Origin: a candidate division SR1 bacterium
GTDB lineage: Bacteria > Patescibacteriota > Gracilibacteria > Absconditabacterales > Absconditicoccaceae
Assembly: GCA_007115995.1 (NCBI GenBank)
Contig: SKJI01000007.1
Location: 8,989-72,988, forward strand
Direction: 5' to 3'
Length of the DNA: 64,000 bases
The position numbers and the translations under genes were made by a program. Below, piece by piece: positions 26,335 to 37,759 of the stretch; position 1 is the first letter of the stretch; the number at the start of each line of letters is the position of its first letter. Below the pieces are notes generated by a model, which did not search any database, was not told the origin of the DNA, and saw nothing but the letters and a program-made list of their open reading frames with translations.

Positions 26335-27894
26335 TTACTCTGGTTTTTTCTCAATAGTTGCTTCAAGTGAACACATTTTGCAGAGACAATACCCTGTATT
26401 GCAAGTACATGGTAAGACAGTTCAGTCTTCACATGTTTTAGTTTTTGGACATGCTCATCCTCATGGCGTAATACATGCTTGTAGACGATCGTCTTCTTGA
26501 TGGTCTGCATATATATCAGGACTAATTGCCTGTGAAGATGGTTCTACGAGGACGATATGTAGATCATTGTCATGATCTTTGAGATGTGCATGAGAGAATA
26601 CAAAATGGTCTCTTTTTGCTGCACGAAGTTGAGCTCTAGTGATAAATTCTTCAGCAAGTTCAGCTGCGTGATCATCTGATATAGCTTTAGCATTTTCAAC
26701 AGTTAGTGATGTTTGTCGTTCTCTTGGGCATTGTGCTTTTCTTCATCATGCTCCCCAACACCACATGAAATCATCTCATGATGCTGTTACAAAAATGGTC
26801 TGAGCATCAGCTTCTACCATACCGCACTCATCACGTGTAGCAGCACATGATCAATCTGGGCATCTTACTCAGTCACATGGCATATCATGCAGAACAGTTG
26901 CTTTATCGGTATCCTTATGGTGTATATCTGTTTGTTGGTCTCCTTCAACGCTTTGCATATCATCAGGACGCACGTCTGGATCAGTATCATCACAATCATT
27001 GGTGTCTGTTGGTGTGCAGACGACTGCTACTCATCCTGCTTTGTTTGATCTAGTAGAACTATAGTCTTGTGCTTTGAGTCTTCTAAGTGGTCATTCTACA
27101 ACACAACGCTCATCATGTGTTGGAATACTATCTCCATCATCGTCTGGATCAAGTGGATCAATAATATAGTCTGAAACTCAACAACGAAGTTGATCAGTTG
27201 ATGCGACAAAGACTGCAGATCCTTCGATCATTTTTGCTACATCTCATCTTGTAATTGGTCTGTAGAGGTTCGTAACATCTTCAGCATCAAGCGAGACAAC
27301 TAGTCATGCTCTTTGAGCTCTGAGAAAGTAGTTGCGCGCCCAGTCATCTTCTGGCTCTTCTTGACGTCCTTCTAGCATTCTCATCATTACGGTGAGTGCA
27401 TGAGCATTGGTAAACTCATCCTGTGGCATAAATCTTCATGCATGTCATTGAAATAAACCAAGACGACACGATGCACGAATTTCATCAACCAAGTCATTAT
27501 GTGCTTCGTCAAGGTCTTGAAATTCACAATGAGCTGGTCATCAGTATCCATCCATATCTATATCTATATGATAATCAGATGCTTGTTCAGTTCATAACAC
27601 ATCACGAGCAAATCTTACAAAAAATGCTGCAGCCTCATCTCTTCTGAGTGTTTGACTTGCCATAAATGATTCACGTGTTGCAAATCTTGTGAGTCATGCA
27701 TCATGTAAATAGTGGATTGCATCGTCCACATTACTGACGATAACTGATCATGCAATCCTGTTTTTTAGCTCTACTTGTTCATGCGCTTGATCAATCGCAT
27801 ATCAGCGTGTAGTGTTTCAATATAGGAAACTTACTCCTGCAAGCATTGCAACTCCTAGTCAGAGTCCAATACCATACGTCCAACGAATAGTCAT
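26335..27894 (-). CDS. Cell-surface protein: signal/anchor, three SLH-like repeats, Asp-rich Ca-binding-type repeats, Cys-rich C-terminus
   Basis: MTIRWTY(G)IGL(G)LGVAMLAGV. SLH-like FMASQTLRRDEAAAFFVRFA, FMPQDEFTNAHALTVMMRML, LYRPITR(G)DVAKMI. Then DPLDPDDDGDSIPTHDERC, DTNDCDDTDPDVRPDD, and about 20 Cys in the tail. 520 codons. Confidence 0.6.
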
Positions 27895-28072
27895 GGGTAT
27901 AATACATAAGAATAAAAAAACTATGATGTCCACTTACAACCCTATATATTGAGATGCTGTTTGCAAGATATTGTCTGTAAAGCTTTTCTTTTTTATTCAT
28001 TACCTATTGACTTATACTATATCTTTTCTATAGTAAAATAAATATTACTTTACTTTTTGTTTCTTTATACTC

Positions 28073-29332
28073 ATGAAACATCGTCTATTACTCTGATCAT
28101 TATTGGTGTTGTTATTTATTGCAACAACGCGTTGAATTGTGTCTGCACAGATTCCTTTGTCGGTGACTCAAGCCTCACAACCATCTGCTCTGCAACAATC
28201 AATGCGTGTGATGTTGCAAAGAGAGTGTCAGACACTTACCCCTATCCATTGATGTGGTATTTATCAGCAACAATTATCTATCGCTGAACAAAGAGCTGCT
28301 CAATTATTGCGTACATTGCAGTCGTATCCAGTATCACAACAAAATACACTCTTACAATGACTCTTGCAGAGATTATCATTAATTTTTCAAACTTCTTCTG
28401 ATACAAATACAAAAGTAATTGCTGCATATTACTATTTGTATTTTTGATGAAATCTTGGTGCAACAACAAATGATCCGTTCTTGGATTTTCTTTTTGATGG
28501 AACAACTACCACGACATGATGACTATCTGCTCAATGACGTATTACGAATATATTTTCACTCTGACAAAATACCCGTATTAATAATACACAGCAGACTATA
28601 ACAATGATGAGCAATCATAATTTATTACAAATATGAGTACAAGCATCTCAATTGCAAGCACATGCAACATATCGTCTTGTTGCTCAACTTGACTGATCAA
28701 GAGAAGTATATTGAGCAACCAACCAATCTCAAGGAATGTGGCATGTGTTTTTATGAGAAGGGATTGTTCGTCAAGCACGTTCAGTAACGTTTACCCTGAT
28801 CTGTCAAGAATGTTCTGGTCCAAAATTTTCTGGAAGTACCTTTGGTCAGCGAGCAGTGGTCGATAGCGTGCAGTACTCGTTGCTGACACAGTCATGATCA
28901 GTTCAGCATGATCCATGGTATACGCATACAGGAAGATTGGAGTTGAGTCGTGTTGATGCAACGTATTTCATGCAATCATATCGTTTGGAAATACATCATA
29001 CAACCACATTGACGAACAGATCATCAACGAGTACAGTTGGTCTTGATGATTTGCGTTTCACACTTTTTGTCGATGGTGTGCAGCTTCCAAGAAATACTTA
29101 TACGATCAGATACGAACCTAATCACTGTAATAGAAACTACTTCAACGCAGCACAGTTTCTTCCAGTAACGATGAGAACACTTGATCAATGTAGATTTGAT
29201 ACTACAATATGGGTAGATAATTACACGATACCGTTTAACAGTCTTATCGAGGTTGTTGTTGATCCAATCAGTCGTGGGTGAGTTGATCATGGCTCGTCAG
29301 CAAATAGTGTCTCGTTTAGGGTGTGAAGGTAG
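28073..29332 (+). CDS. Secreted hypothetical protein (419 aa)
   Basis: Signal peptide MKHRLLL(G)SLLVLLFIATTR(G)IVSA. The remainder is unidentified. Track ORFs 28057.. and 28937.. belong to it. Confidence 0.5.
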
Positions 29333-29418
29333 AGGTAGGTGGTAGATTGTAGGAATTAGAAAAAGAGTATTAGTTTCATCTAATCTTCTCAGTCTATTAC
29401 ATTATAGAGATATACCTA

Positions 29419-30906
29419 TTACTGACCAGGAATACTTGTAGAATCTGCGTAAGATACGTTTAAATTTGGGTTACTTAATTTCAATCATTGTTCTAAATCT
29501 TTCATAGTATGTCATAGTTCTACTTTTTTTAAGGTGGGTAGACTTGAAATCAACTTAGAAACTTGAGACTGATATGCATTTTCTTGTAATCAAGGAATTC
29601 ATTGATTTCATAATAATAAAATTCTAAGTTTATTATTCTTTATAAGCTGTCATACCTGTGAGATATTATTTTTTCTTAAATCAATTTCTTCCAAGCTCGA
29701 AAGAGAAGAGAGTCCAGAAATATCGGTTATATTATTGTTTGCTAATCAAACTAATTTCAAATTAGAAACAGAAGAAAGAGCTGAAATGTTGTTAATATTG
29801 TTGTTTTCTAAATAAAGTACTGTTAAGTTCGAAATAAAAGAAAGATTTACTAAATCTTTATCTGTGATCTTATTATTGTTTAATGAAAGTAATCGTAAGT
29901 TAGAAAGTCAATTGAGAGGTGGGATATTTGTGATATTGTTGTTTTCTAACCAAAGCATCCTTAAGTTAGAAAGTCAAGAAAGCATAGAGATGTCATGAAT
30001 ATTATTGTTTTTTAACCAAAGTCTTTCCAAATTAGAAAGAGAAGAAAGAGCTGAAATATTGGTAATATTGTTATTTTCTAAATAAAGTGATTTTAGGTTA
30101 GAAAGAGAAGAAAGAGCTGAAATATCTTTTATTTTGTTATTATTTAGCCAAAGTCATTTTAAGTTCGAAAGAGAAGCAAGAGCAGAAATGTTGGTGATAT
30201 TGTTATTGTTTAATGCAAGTGATTCTAAATTAGAAAGAGAAGAAAGAACTGAAACATCTCTGATGTTACAATTCTCTAAATAAAGTGATTTTAAGTTCGA
30301 AAGTCAAGATATTGAAGAAATGTCTGTTGCTTCTTTAATTGATAATTCTGTAACTTTTTGCAGTTTTTCTATTGGGACTAGTAGCACAAACTTACCATCC
30401 TCAATAGTATAGTGAGTTCAATGAAGCATAATATTAATTTCTCATATTTTTTTAAGTCCTTTATCAAGCTCATTTTTGTGATTAATTGCAACTAGCATTT
30501 TTTCTAGCATAAATTTTCAAGCTATTCAATCTACTTTAAGTCATTTTTTTCTTTGTAGAGATTTAACTGCTTCTGCAGTTTTTTCTCATCGCATACCATT
30601 TAATGGTCATGGATTTTCTCCGAGAAATTTGAGTTTGATCTGTAATGCAAGAACATACGCCGCTCATCGTTTATTAACAGCATCTTGAAAAGGCATAATT
30701 TGCATATCAGCTAAACATCACTCAAGAATACGATTGGCAGCATTGAAAATGTCTTGTTGATTTTTACTCTCCAAGACACTTTTCAGTGAGTTAGTGTTTT
30801 GAACTTCTTCTTCTAAACTAGCAATATCAACTTTGAGTTCTTTGATGAGTTGTTCTTGCAGCCATTTCACTTCATCAATACGATTACTAAATTCTATATT
30901 GTTCAT
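29419..30906 (-). CDS. Leucine-rich-repeat (internalin-like, 22-aa repeats) protein with an N-terminal peptidoglycan-binding (PG_binding_1-like) domain
   Basis: (G)ENP(G)PLNGM[CGA](G)EKTAEAVKSLQRKK(G)LKVD(G)IA(G)KFM, then about 10 repeats of the type LSNLKSLYLENNNITNISALSS. 496 codons. Confidence 0.75.
29650..30335 (-). repeat. About ten tandem 66-nt units encoding the LRRs
   Basis: Recurrent ...ttagaaagagaagaaagagctgaaatatt..ataatattgtt... with 66-nt period, in frame with the LRR CDS. Confidence 0.8.
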
Positions 30907-30941
30907 AGCGGGAAAATAAGTGAATAAAAATACTTACAATA

Positions 30942-30970
30942 ATGATACACAAAACAATGATACTATGCAA
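30942..30970 (-). promoter_or_regulatory. Promoter candidate for the LRR gene (TTGCAT-N17-TATCAT on the minus strand)
   Basis: The reverse complement of 30965-30970 is ttgcat. The reverse complement of 30942-30947 is tatcat. Confidence 0.3.
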
Positions 30971-31033
30971 ATTTTTTGGGAGATTATTTTTTGATTATAC
31001 TGGTTGGTATGTATACTCACTCATGCTCTCTGC

Positions 31034-31885
31034 TTACAAACATCAATTATGTTGTAACCAGAGATCTCTTGGATGTCATTCTGGAATATTTGTACATGGA
31101 TCATCTATTCATAGCATGTCTGCTGGTCATCATGTATGAGTTCATTCGTTGAGCGTACATCAGTTATGTTCTAATCGTAGTGCTTCATGTCCTATTGCTT
31201 TTGCTCGTTCTGGTACTATACAATCTTGTGTTCAGCGTAATGGAGTTACTGGATTGTTTGGCATATAGAGAAAGAGCAACGATACAACAATAATAAATAC
31301 TCATACAATACTTGCATGCGTTGTTGTAATGTATTGGATTGGTTCTTTGTGTTGTCTTTCACAGACTCATCATGGACAATATTGTGCTGTATCCTTGTTG
31401 AATACATTATATAATTCACATCATATACAAATTCCAAATACTGTTTCAAAAAATAAAAATATCAAACAAAGTCCACAGATGATAAAATTTATGGGACTTG
31501 CTGTGTTGAGTATAACAAGCAAGACAAACATGATGCTTGCAAGTATCAATCATAACGATCGTGCAAATCTTTTTTGTGGTGCACCAGTATATTCTACTGT
31601 TTGATGACTAGTACATAGTCTTCAGAGTATCATCGTTGGTGCATACAGAGGATTAATCAGTAATCTTATAACAAAATCTATAAAGAAAATCGTTACAAAA
31701 ATTTTGATTGGAAAGAAATTTCAGAGTGTAAACGCATAAAAAAAACTAATCAGTGCTCCGGTAAATAAAAGACCAGATGCAGATCTAGCTTCCCTTTCAT
31801 TAAGTACTGGAATATCATATCAAGGTACACGTTCTCAAAAGTTGAAAAAATATCTAATAGGTAGAAGGTGATAAGAGAGTAAAAC
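31034..31885 (-). CDS. DUF4395-like membrane protein with a Cys/His-rich C-terminal extension; start codon unresolved
   Basis: IFFIDFVIRLLINPLYAP..., KRFA[CGA]SL(G)LIL, FETVFGICI(G)CELY, then two copies of ..L-W-L-[E/Q]-H-N-(G)-C. The frame is open from the csoR stop (31886) with no ATG/GTG/TTG before Met 31633. Confidence 0.55.
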
Positions 31886-32161
31886 TTATTTTTTTTGTAA
31901 CTGTAATAAGGTGTTTAGTTGTTCCAAGATTTTTGGATGAACATGATGTCAGGGTAAGAGAATATTATAGACAAAACTTTCTAGAGTTTTAACCCTAAGA
32001 CTATCAAATGATTTAGCTATCGATGTAGTGAGTTGCGCAATATCAGAACAACATGCATCATGAGTAATATAGCGTTCAAGTGTTTGTATTTGTCATTGAA
32101 TGCGACGCAGATGATTGAGTGTTTTTTTTCTTCTTGCTTGAATGTCTGGTGTGATTTTCAT
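31886..32161 (-). CDS. CsoR/RcnR/FrmR-family (DUF156) transcriptional repressor
   Basis: KKTLNHLRRIQ(G)QIQTLERYITHDACCSDIAQLTTSIAKSFDSL. 91 aa. Confidence 0.75.
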
Positions 32162-32196
32162 AGTATATTGATATGCTTAGAATATAAAAGTAAGTA

Positions 32197-32216
32197 ATAT
32201 ACCCTCACCCCTATAT
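32197..32216. promoter_or_regulatory. Candidate CsoR-family operator: C-tract flanked by AT-rich inverted arms
   Basis: atataCCCTCACCCCtatat, 36 nt upstream of the csoR ATG. Confidence 0.3.
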
Positions 32217-32255
32217 TATTCAAAAGAGAAAAGTATGCAACTATTTTTAGACTTT

Positions 32256-32411
32256 AGGAACCTCTGAAAAATTACTTTTTAAACGATTATATACAATAAT
32301 TAAGTATCGCAGTATTTACTCGATTATATGTAAAAGAGAGGTTCCTTGAGGAAGGTCCTCATGCGGGAAAAATTTCATTTCATAAAATTTTCTTCCTTTT
32401 TCAGACCTTCC
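32256..32411 (+). repeat. Copy 1 of a ~156-nt conserved structured intergenic element (candidate ncRNA/leader)
   Basis: aggaacctct (32256-65) pairs with agaggttcct (32337-46). ggaaggtc (32350-57) pairs with gaccttcc (32404-11). About 85% identical to 41938-42093. Confidence 0.6.
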
Positions 32412-32510
32412 TTTATTTTACAGCTCCCTATTCGTTGTCTTAAACCCCAGCTTGAAAATACTCTATGAACCAGTACAATAGTCCCACTTTTATAGGTTAT
32501 CATATTGGAT

Positions 32511-33914
32511 ATGACGCATCAAACACAAGAAGATATCGCATTGCGTAAGGCACTTGATAGTGCAGATGATTTTAGGTACAGTCATCAGATCAGCGGACTC
32601 AATGAAGAAACAGTGAGAGCTATCTCTGCACACCTCAACGAGCCACAACGAATGTTGGAACATAGGTTACGTTCATTGGAGTTATTTCTTTCTATGCCTA
32701 TGCCATCATGGTGACCAGATTTATCAAGTATCAACTTTGATGAGTTAGTCTATTATGCATCACCAGAGCAGTCTGAGATCCAGCAAGATTGGGACAAGGT
32801 CGATCCGCTCATTAAGGAGAAATTTGCGAGATTATGAATTCCAGAAGCTGAACAGCGTTATCTTGCATGAGCATGATGACAGATGGACTCTGAGGTTGTC
32901 TATCACAAGATCAAAGAGAAGCGAGCAGAGCAGTGAGTTATTTTTGAGGATATGTCAGAAGCGTTGATTCACCACGAGGAGTTGGTCAAAAAATACTTTA
33001 TGAAGCTGATTCCAGCCAACGATCATAAATTTATGGCATTGCATGGAGCAGTATGGAGTGGAGGGACGTTTATTTATGTCCCCCAATGAGTACAGGTCAA
33101 CGAACCGTTGCAAGCATATTTTCGTATGAACTCGTTGAGTGGTGGACAGTTTGAACATACGTTGATTATTGTGGATGATGATGCGCAGTGTGATTATATA
33201 GAATGATGTAGCGCACCTAAATTTAACACTAGATCATTGCATGCATGAGGTGTGGAAGTATATGTCTGAAAGAGAGCGAAAATGCGTTACTCATCGGTAG
33301 AAAATTGGTCGATCAACACCTACAATCTCAATACAAAACGTGGTATCGTAGAAGACGATGGATTCCTCGAACGAGTCAACTGAAATCTAGGATCTGGCGT
33401 TACGATGTTATATCCATGTAGTATTTTGAAATGAGACAGATCTCGCTCAGATCAGCTTGGTGTTGCTGTGGCAGCGAAATGACAAAACCAAGATACAGGA
33501 TCCAAAGTTATTCATATTTGAAAAGATACAGCATCGACCATCGTTTCTAAATCGATCTCAAAAGATTGATGAATTGCAACATACAGAGGAATTGTCGATA
33601 TTAAAAAATCAGCGCAGTGAGCAATCAACTGAACTGAATGTGACGCATTACTGATGGATGATCAATCTATCAGTACAACGATACCTCATATTCACGTCGG
33701 GAATGACTCCTCAACAGTCGCTCACGAAGCAAGTGCATGAAAGGTAGACGACACAATGCTCTTTTACCTTATGTCTCGTGGCTTGAGTGAAGAAAAAGCA
33801 ATGACTATGGTCGTCAATGGCTTTATCTCAGATGTCGTCAAAAAACTACCCCTAGAATACGCATGAGAACTTAATCGTCTGATTGAGATGGAAATGGAAT
33901 GATCAGTAGGATAG
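32511..33914 (+). CDS. sufB: Fe-S cluster assembly protein SufB
   Basis: NEPQ[CGA]MLEHRL, PMPSW(G)[17 protein letters not shown](G)V, QAYFRMN, YIE(G)CSAP, VENWS, LE[CGA]VN(G)NLGS, HEASA(G)[18 protein letters not shown](G)ELNRLI. An alternative TTG start lies at 32505. Confidence 0.92.
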
Positions 33915-33919
33915 TTTTT

Positions 33920-34732
33920 CTAATGTATCGTCAACGTATGTAATTCTCTTTTTGATGCTTTTCTTTCGCAATTTTTTATTGCATCGATATTACAGCGTGA
34001 TAGTTTGTTGAAATCATAGTTTTCGTAGAGTAGCACAGATAATCATTTTGCAAATTGCACAAAGATTTTTACGGAAGATTTTGCAGTCTTTTGGATTTGT
34101 TGTATAATTTCTGTTTTGTTTTCTGTGAGATTTGGAATATAGACTCGATCAATTTCACTAAAATCATACATGTCAGTAGTAGTGTAAATTATTGATGTGT
34201 TATTGCTTTTATCAGATTTACTTAAGAGGAGTTGTGCAAGGAGCATAGTTTCATAGTTTTTTTCTATACACGTAATAGAAATATTTTCATAAAGATTATG
34301 GAGTATATTTGCTGTCTCCAACAATACTCATCATTGGATGCATACTCATGTTGTGTTGCTGAGATCTAGTCAAGAAAGTTCATTCTGCTTAGATTGTTGT
34401 AGATCAATTATTTCTGATCATAGTGTTATTGGCGCTGTGTTTTGTATCATTATATATCATTTATTAACTTGAATATATGCAAAATATTGTTGATTGAGTG
34501 TCATTATTTCTTGTTTAATTATTTTGAAAAAATGTGTTTGTTTAATTGCATCAATAATTGCATAGTTATCGATAGAGCTGAGAAATAATCTCATAGTATA
34601 GAATAATTTTTCATGTTCATCATTAATGATTCAAGATGTACATTGTTCAGTAATGGTTTTGTACAGCAAGACGAGCTCGTTGAAGAAAACTTCAGTATCA
34701 TTATTGTTTTTATGAATTAGCGTTATACTCAT
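33920..34732 (-). CDS. Hypothetical protein (270 aa)
   Basis: ATG 34732, overlapping the upstream stop by 10 nt. Reads through track ORF 34043..34324 and its TGA to TAG 33920. No homology recognised. Confidence 0.4.
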
Positions 34733-36420
34733 GTATTGGTATCGTTATTTTGAATAAAAATAATCGAAAGATGTTGCTTTGGAAGCATGACTGAGAAATC
34801 ATATAATCATCATACAGTTTCTATATGTATTTTTTTTCATAATATTTTAGAAACAACTTTCTGAAATGGTGCGATAACTTTTCATACAAGATTATTTTTG
34901 TTCTTTGAATAGCTTGATACTGGAAGTTGAGAATTATGGAGCTGTTCTCAGTAATTGAGAATAAGTGCGCCAAAAATTTCAACAACTGATTTTTGACTCG
35001 GCAGATCATCAGATGTAAATTTATTTCAGTGTATCGTGACTTTATTGGTCGTTGCATTAAGGATAATTCATTGTTTGGAATTTAACTCTTCTGGATCTAG
35101 GTATACAATCTGTTTATGAGTTGTTTTGAGTATTGTTTGTACTGGTGAGTATTGATGGATTACTCATTGACTGATTCGTTGGAGGCATTCTATTCATGGT
35201 GATCAAGTTCCTTGTGTGATACTATTATGTATGATACTCAGTTGTGTTCAGTGTGATTGTATATACATTTTTATTGCATGCATTTTGGTTTGAAGCATTT
35301 CTTGATCATTCGCAAGACAGTACCAATAAAGATAGTTTCAATTTGGTATAATAATTACATATGTATCGTTTGAGAGATGAGTTTCTAGATGTTTTTCTCG
35401 ATTATAGATCAGTGAAATGAGCTCAGGTGTTTTATCAAGCTGTGTTATGATTTGATGGCGGATGTGCTGCATTTTTTCTTTGAGAATATTGTTCTGATAC
35501 TTTTTTGATCACTGAATAAGTTCATAGACTCATGCAGTAATACTATCAATGAGTTGTGTTGATGCATATGGCTGGCTTCATGTTCAATAAGGATTAGATG
35601 TTACAATATATCATAATCACGATGGTCGTTTGAGGCGTTCTATTGTTGTTGATGTGGTATTGTATGCACTCAAGAGTGTATCATGATGTTTCAAGATTGA
35701 GTGTACTTTACTGAGTAACTCTGGATGATTTCTGGAGAGGTAAGTAAGAAATGAATGGGTGAGAATACTATCTAATTCCAAAGGCAGTGTTTTACTAATA
35801 TTATGATTATGTTTGATGACTCGGTAAATATACTCTAAAATCAAGTTACTATATGTACTTGATAAGTAATAGTCTCACTCAATAAAAAGTGAAATATCAG
35901 CATGAGTTACTTGTTGCGTTGCTCATAGTGCAGAAGCAAATGTTTTTTTGAGATATCAGTTATTCCAAAGAAAATATTGGATAATCATATTATCTATACT
36001 GTCCATTTGACGAATTTTTTCAAATGATGCCACTCATACATATACTTTTTTGATAGGTGGAGCGCTGAGTGAAACATATGTAGTAGTTCCGTTACATGGA
36101 TGTGTTGTTTGATGATATTCCAAAAAATGACTATGTGTTAGAGCAAAAGAAAGAACAAGATTATGGTTTGCAAAGAATGATTTATATACTTTACTTTGTT
36201 CGATTTGCATTGCTGTTGAGAGAACTCGATTCATTGAGAAGAGGAGTGATATAAAGACTATATAATATACTAATAATGAACCGTAGAAGAGTAGTATGTA
36301 GAGAGTATGCTTAGTCTGCGATAGAGAATATTCTTTTGTTATGAGAATATTCTTTATATGTATGATTTTTTTTGAGTGATGCAATATCAAATATACATCA
36401 TTTTTTTGAAAAAATGCCAA
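34723..36420 (-). CDS. Hypothetical membrane-associated protein (565 aa) with a possible C-terminal OmpR/PhoB-like winged-helix domain
   Basis: Track ORFs 36034.. and 35617.. share the frame. I translated every codon to TAA 34723-34725. TM helix LYILLFYGSLLVYYIVFISLLF. The tail resembles a winged helix: VTIH(G)NKFTSDDLPSQKSVVEIFGALILNY(G)EQL...NLV(G)KVIAPFQKVVSKIL(G)KKIHIETV(G)(G)LYDF. Confidence 0.45.
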
Positions 36421-36613
36421 GTCTCTTACTAAAAAATCATTTTAAGGTAATGAAATGCACCGATTATATTACAATATTCTTGTATAAAGAGATGCTGTAG
36501 CAAACAATCTTTGTAACAATTTTTCTTCTTTCTAGTTTTATGTCAATAATTCTTGCTTTTACAAAAAATAATGATATTATGCACGTAGTTTTATTCTTTA
36601 GTTGTTATTGCAG

Positions 36614-37759
36614 ATGAAAGTATCACTATCAGTAAAAGTATTGCAAGAACTCTTGGATCTTACTGCAAGATTCGTTTCTAAGCATGCTACCTTACCAATT
36701 TTGGAAAATATTTACATTAAGTGAAATATCGATACCTTGTTATTGAGAGCAACAGATATGGAAAAGTATATAGAAATTGAAATACCAGCTGAAATTGAAA
36801 ACGAAGGTGCTGTAACAGTTAATGCAAAAACCTTCTATGATATTATTAGGTCTATTGATGATGAGACAGTACTGTTACATGTAGATACAACCAAAGATAT
36901 ATTGGATATTCATGCTAGTAGTGATAAGTTTAAAATAAAATGAATTGCAGCGAGTGAGTATGTTGCAGTGCCAACTATTCAATCAGAGAATACGCTAACA
37001 CTTTCTACGCAATCGTTTACTACATGAATAAATAAGGTCGAATTTGCAGTAACTGAAAAAAACTTTTCTCCTGTTCTTACTGGCGTCTTTATGAGAACAA
37101 AAGAATATGAAGGAACAAAACATATGGTGTTTGTGGGTACAGACTCGTTTAGATTAGCTGAGTATAAAACAGTATTTGATGGTCAGTCAGAGCAAGATTT
37201 TTCATGTATTGTTCCCAAAGTACATATAGCTGATATCAATAAAGTTGCTCAGTATATGCTTGAAAAAGAAGTTGAAACTATGCAAATCACCTTGTCAGAT
37301 AATATGGTCCGTTTTGGTTTTAGTTATGGTGATATGCAAGTATCATGTATGTCTTTGCTTATTCAAGGAACATTCCCAGATTATGAGAATGAGAATATTA
37401 TGCCAACTACATTCAATACAACAGTATTACTTGATAAAACACAGCTTGAAAAAGCAATTAGAAAGATAGCTATATTGACGAGAGATATCAATAATTATAT
37501 TGCAGTACAGTGATGAGATAACCAACTAATTTTTACGTCTGGTGAAACAGATATGGGTGAGTGAAAGACATCGTGTGCGGCACTTATTGATAATGAAATG
37601 GCCTCATTTGGTATGAATGGAAAGTATATTGCGGACTTTCTCAAGAATATAGAAGGTATTGATGTGCAGATGGCACTGATCAATGCAGAAAAACCTGTAA
37701 TTTTCAAAGATAAAGATGATACGCAATTTACCTATGTGGTAAGACCATTAATGAAATAA
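36614..37759 (+). CDS. dnaN: DNA polymerase III beta sliding clamp
   Basis: MKVSLSVKVLQELLDLTARFVSKHATLPILENIYIK, FVGTDSFRLAEY, LIQGTFPDYENI.., KPVIFKD...YVVRPLM. 381 codons. Confidence 0.9.

Noticed and set aside
29650-30335. Regular ~66-nt direct repeats that could be mistaken for a CRISPR array
   Set aside because: The repeats are contiguous with no unique spacers. They are in frame and encode canonical 22-aa leucine-rich repeats within a 495-aa ORF.
30942-31604. Plus-strand track ORFs 30942..31139 and 31329..31604 (Cys/His-rich)
   Set aside because: They are antisense to a minus-strand frame that translates into a DUF4395-like membrane protein contiguous with csoR. The plus-strand products have no homology and poor composition.
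36421-36613. Possible oriC/DnaA-box cluster upstream of dnaN
   Set aside because: Only one weak DnaA-box-like 9-mer (ttatgcacg, two mismatches) is present. No dnaA gene is adjacent and there is no repeated box array.
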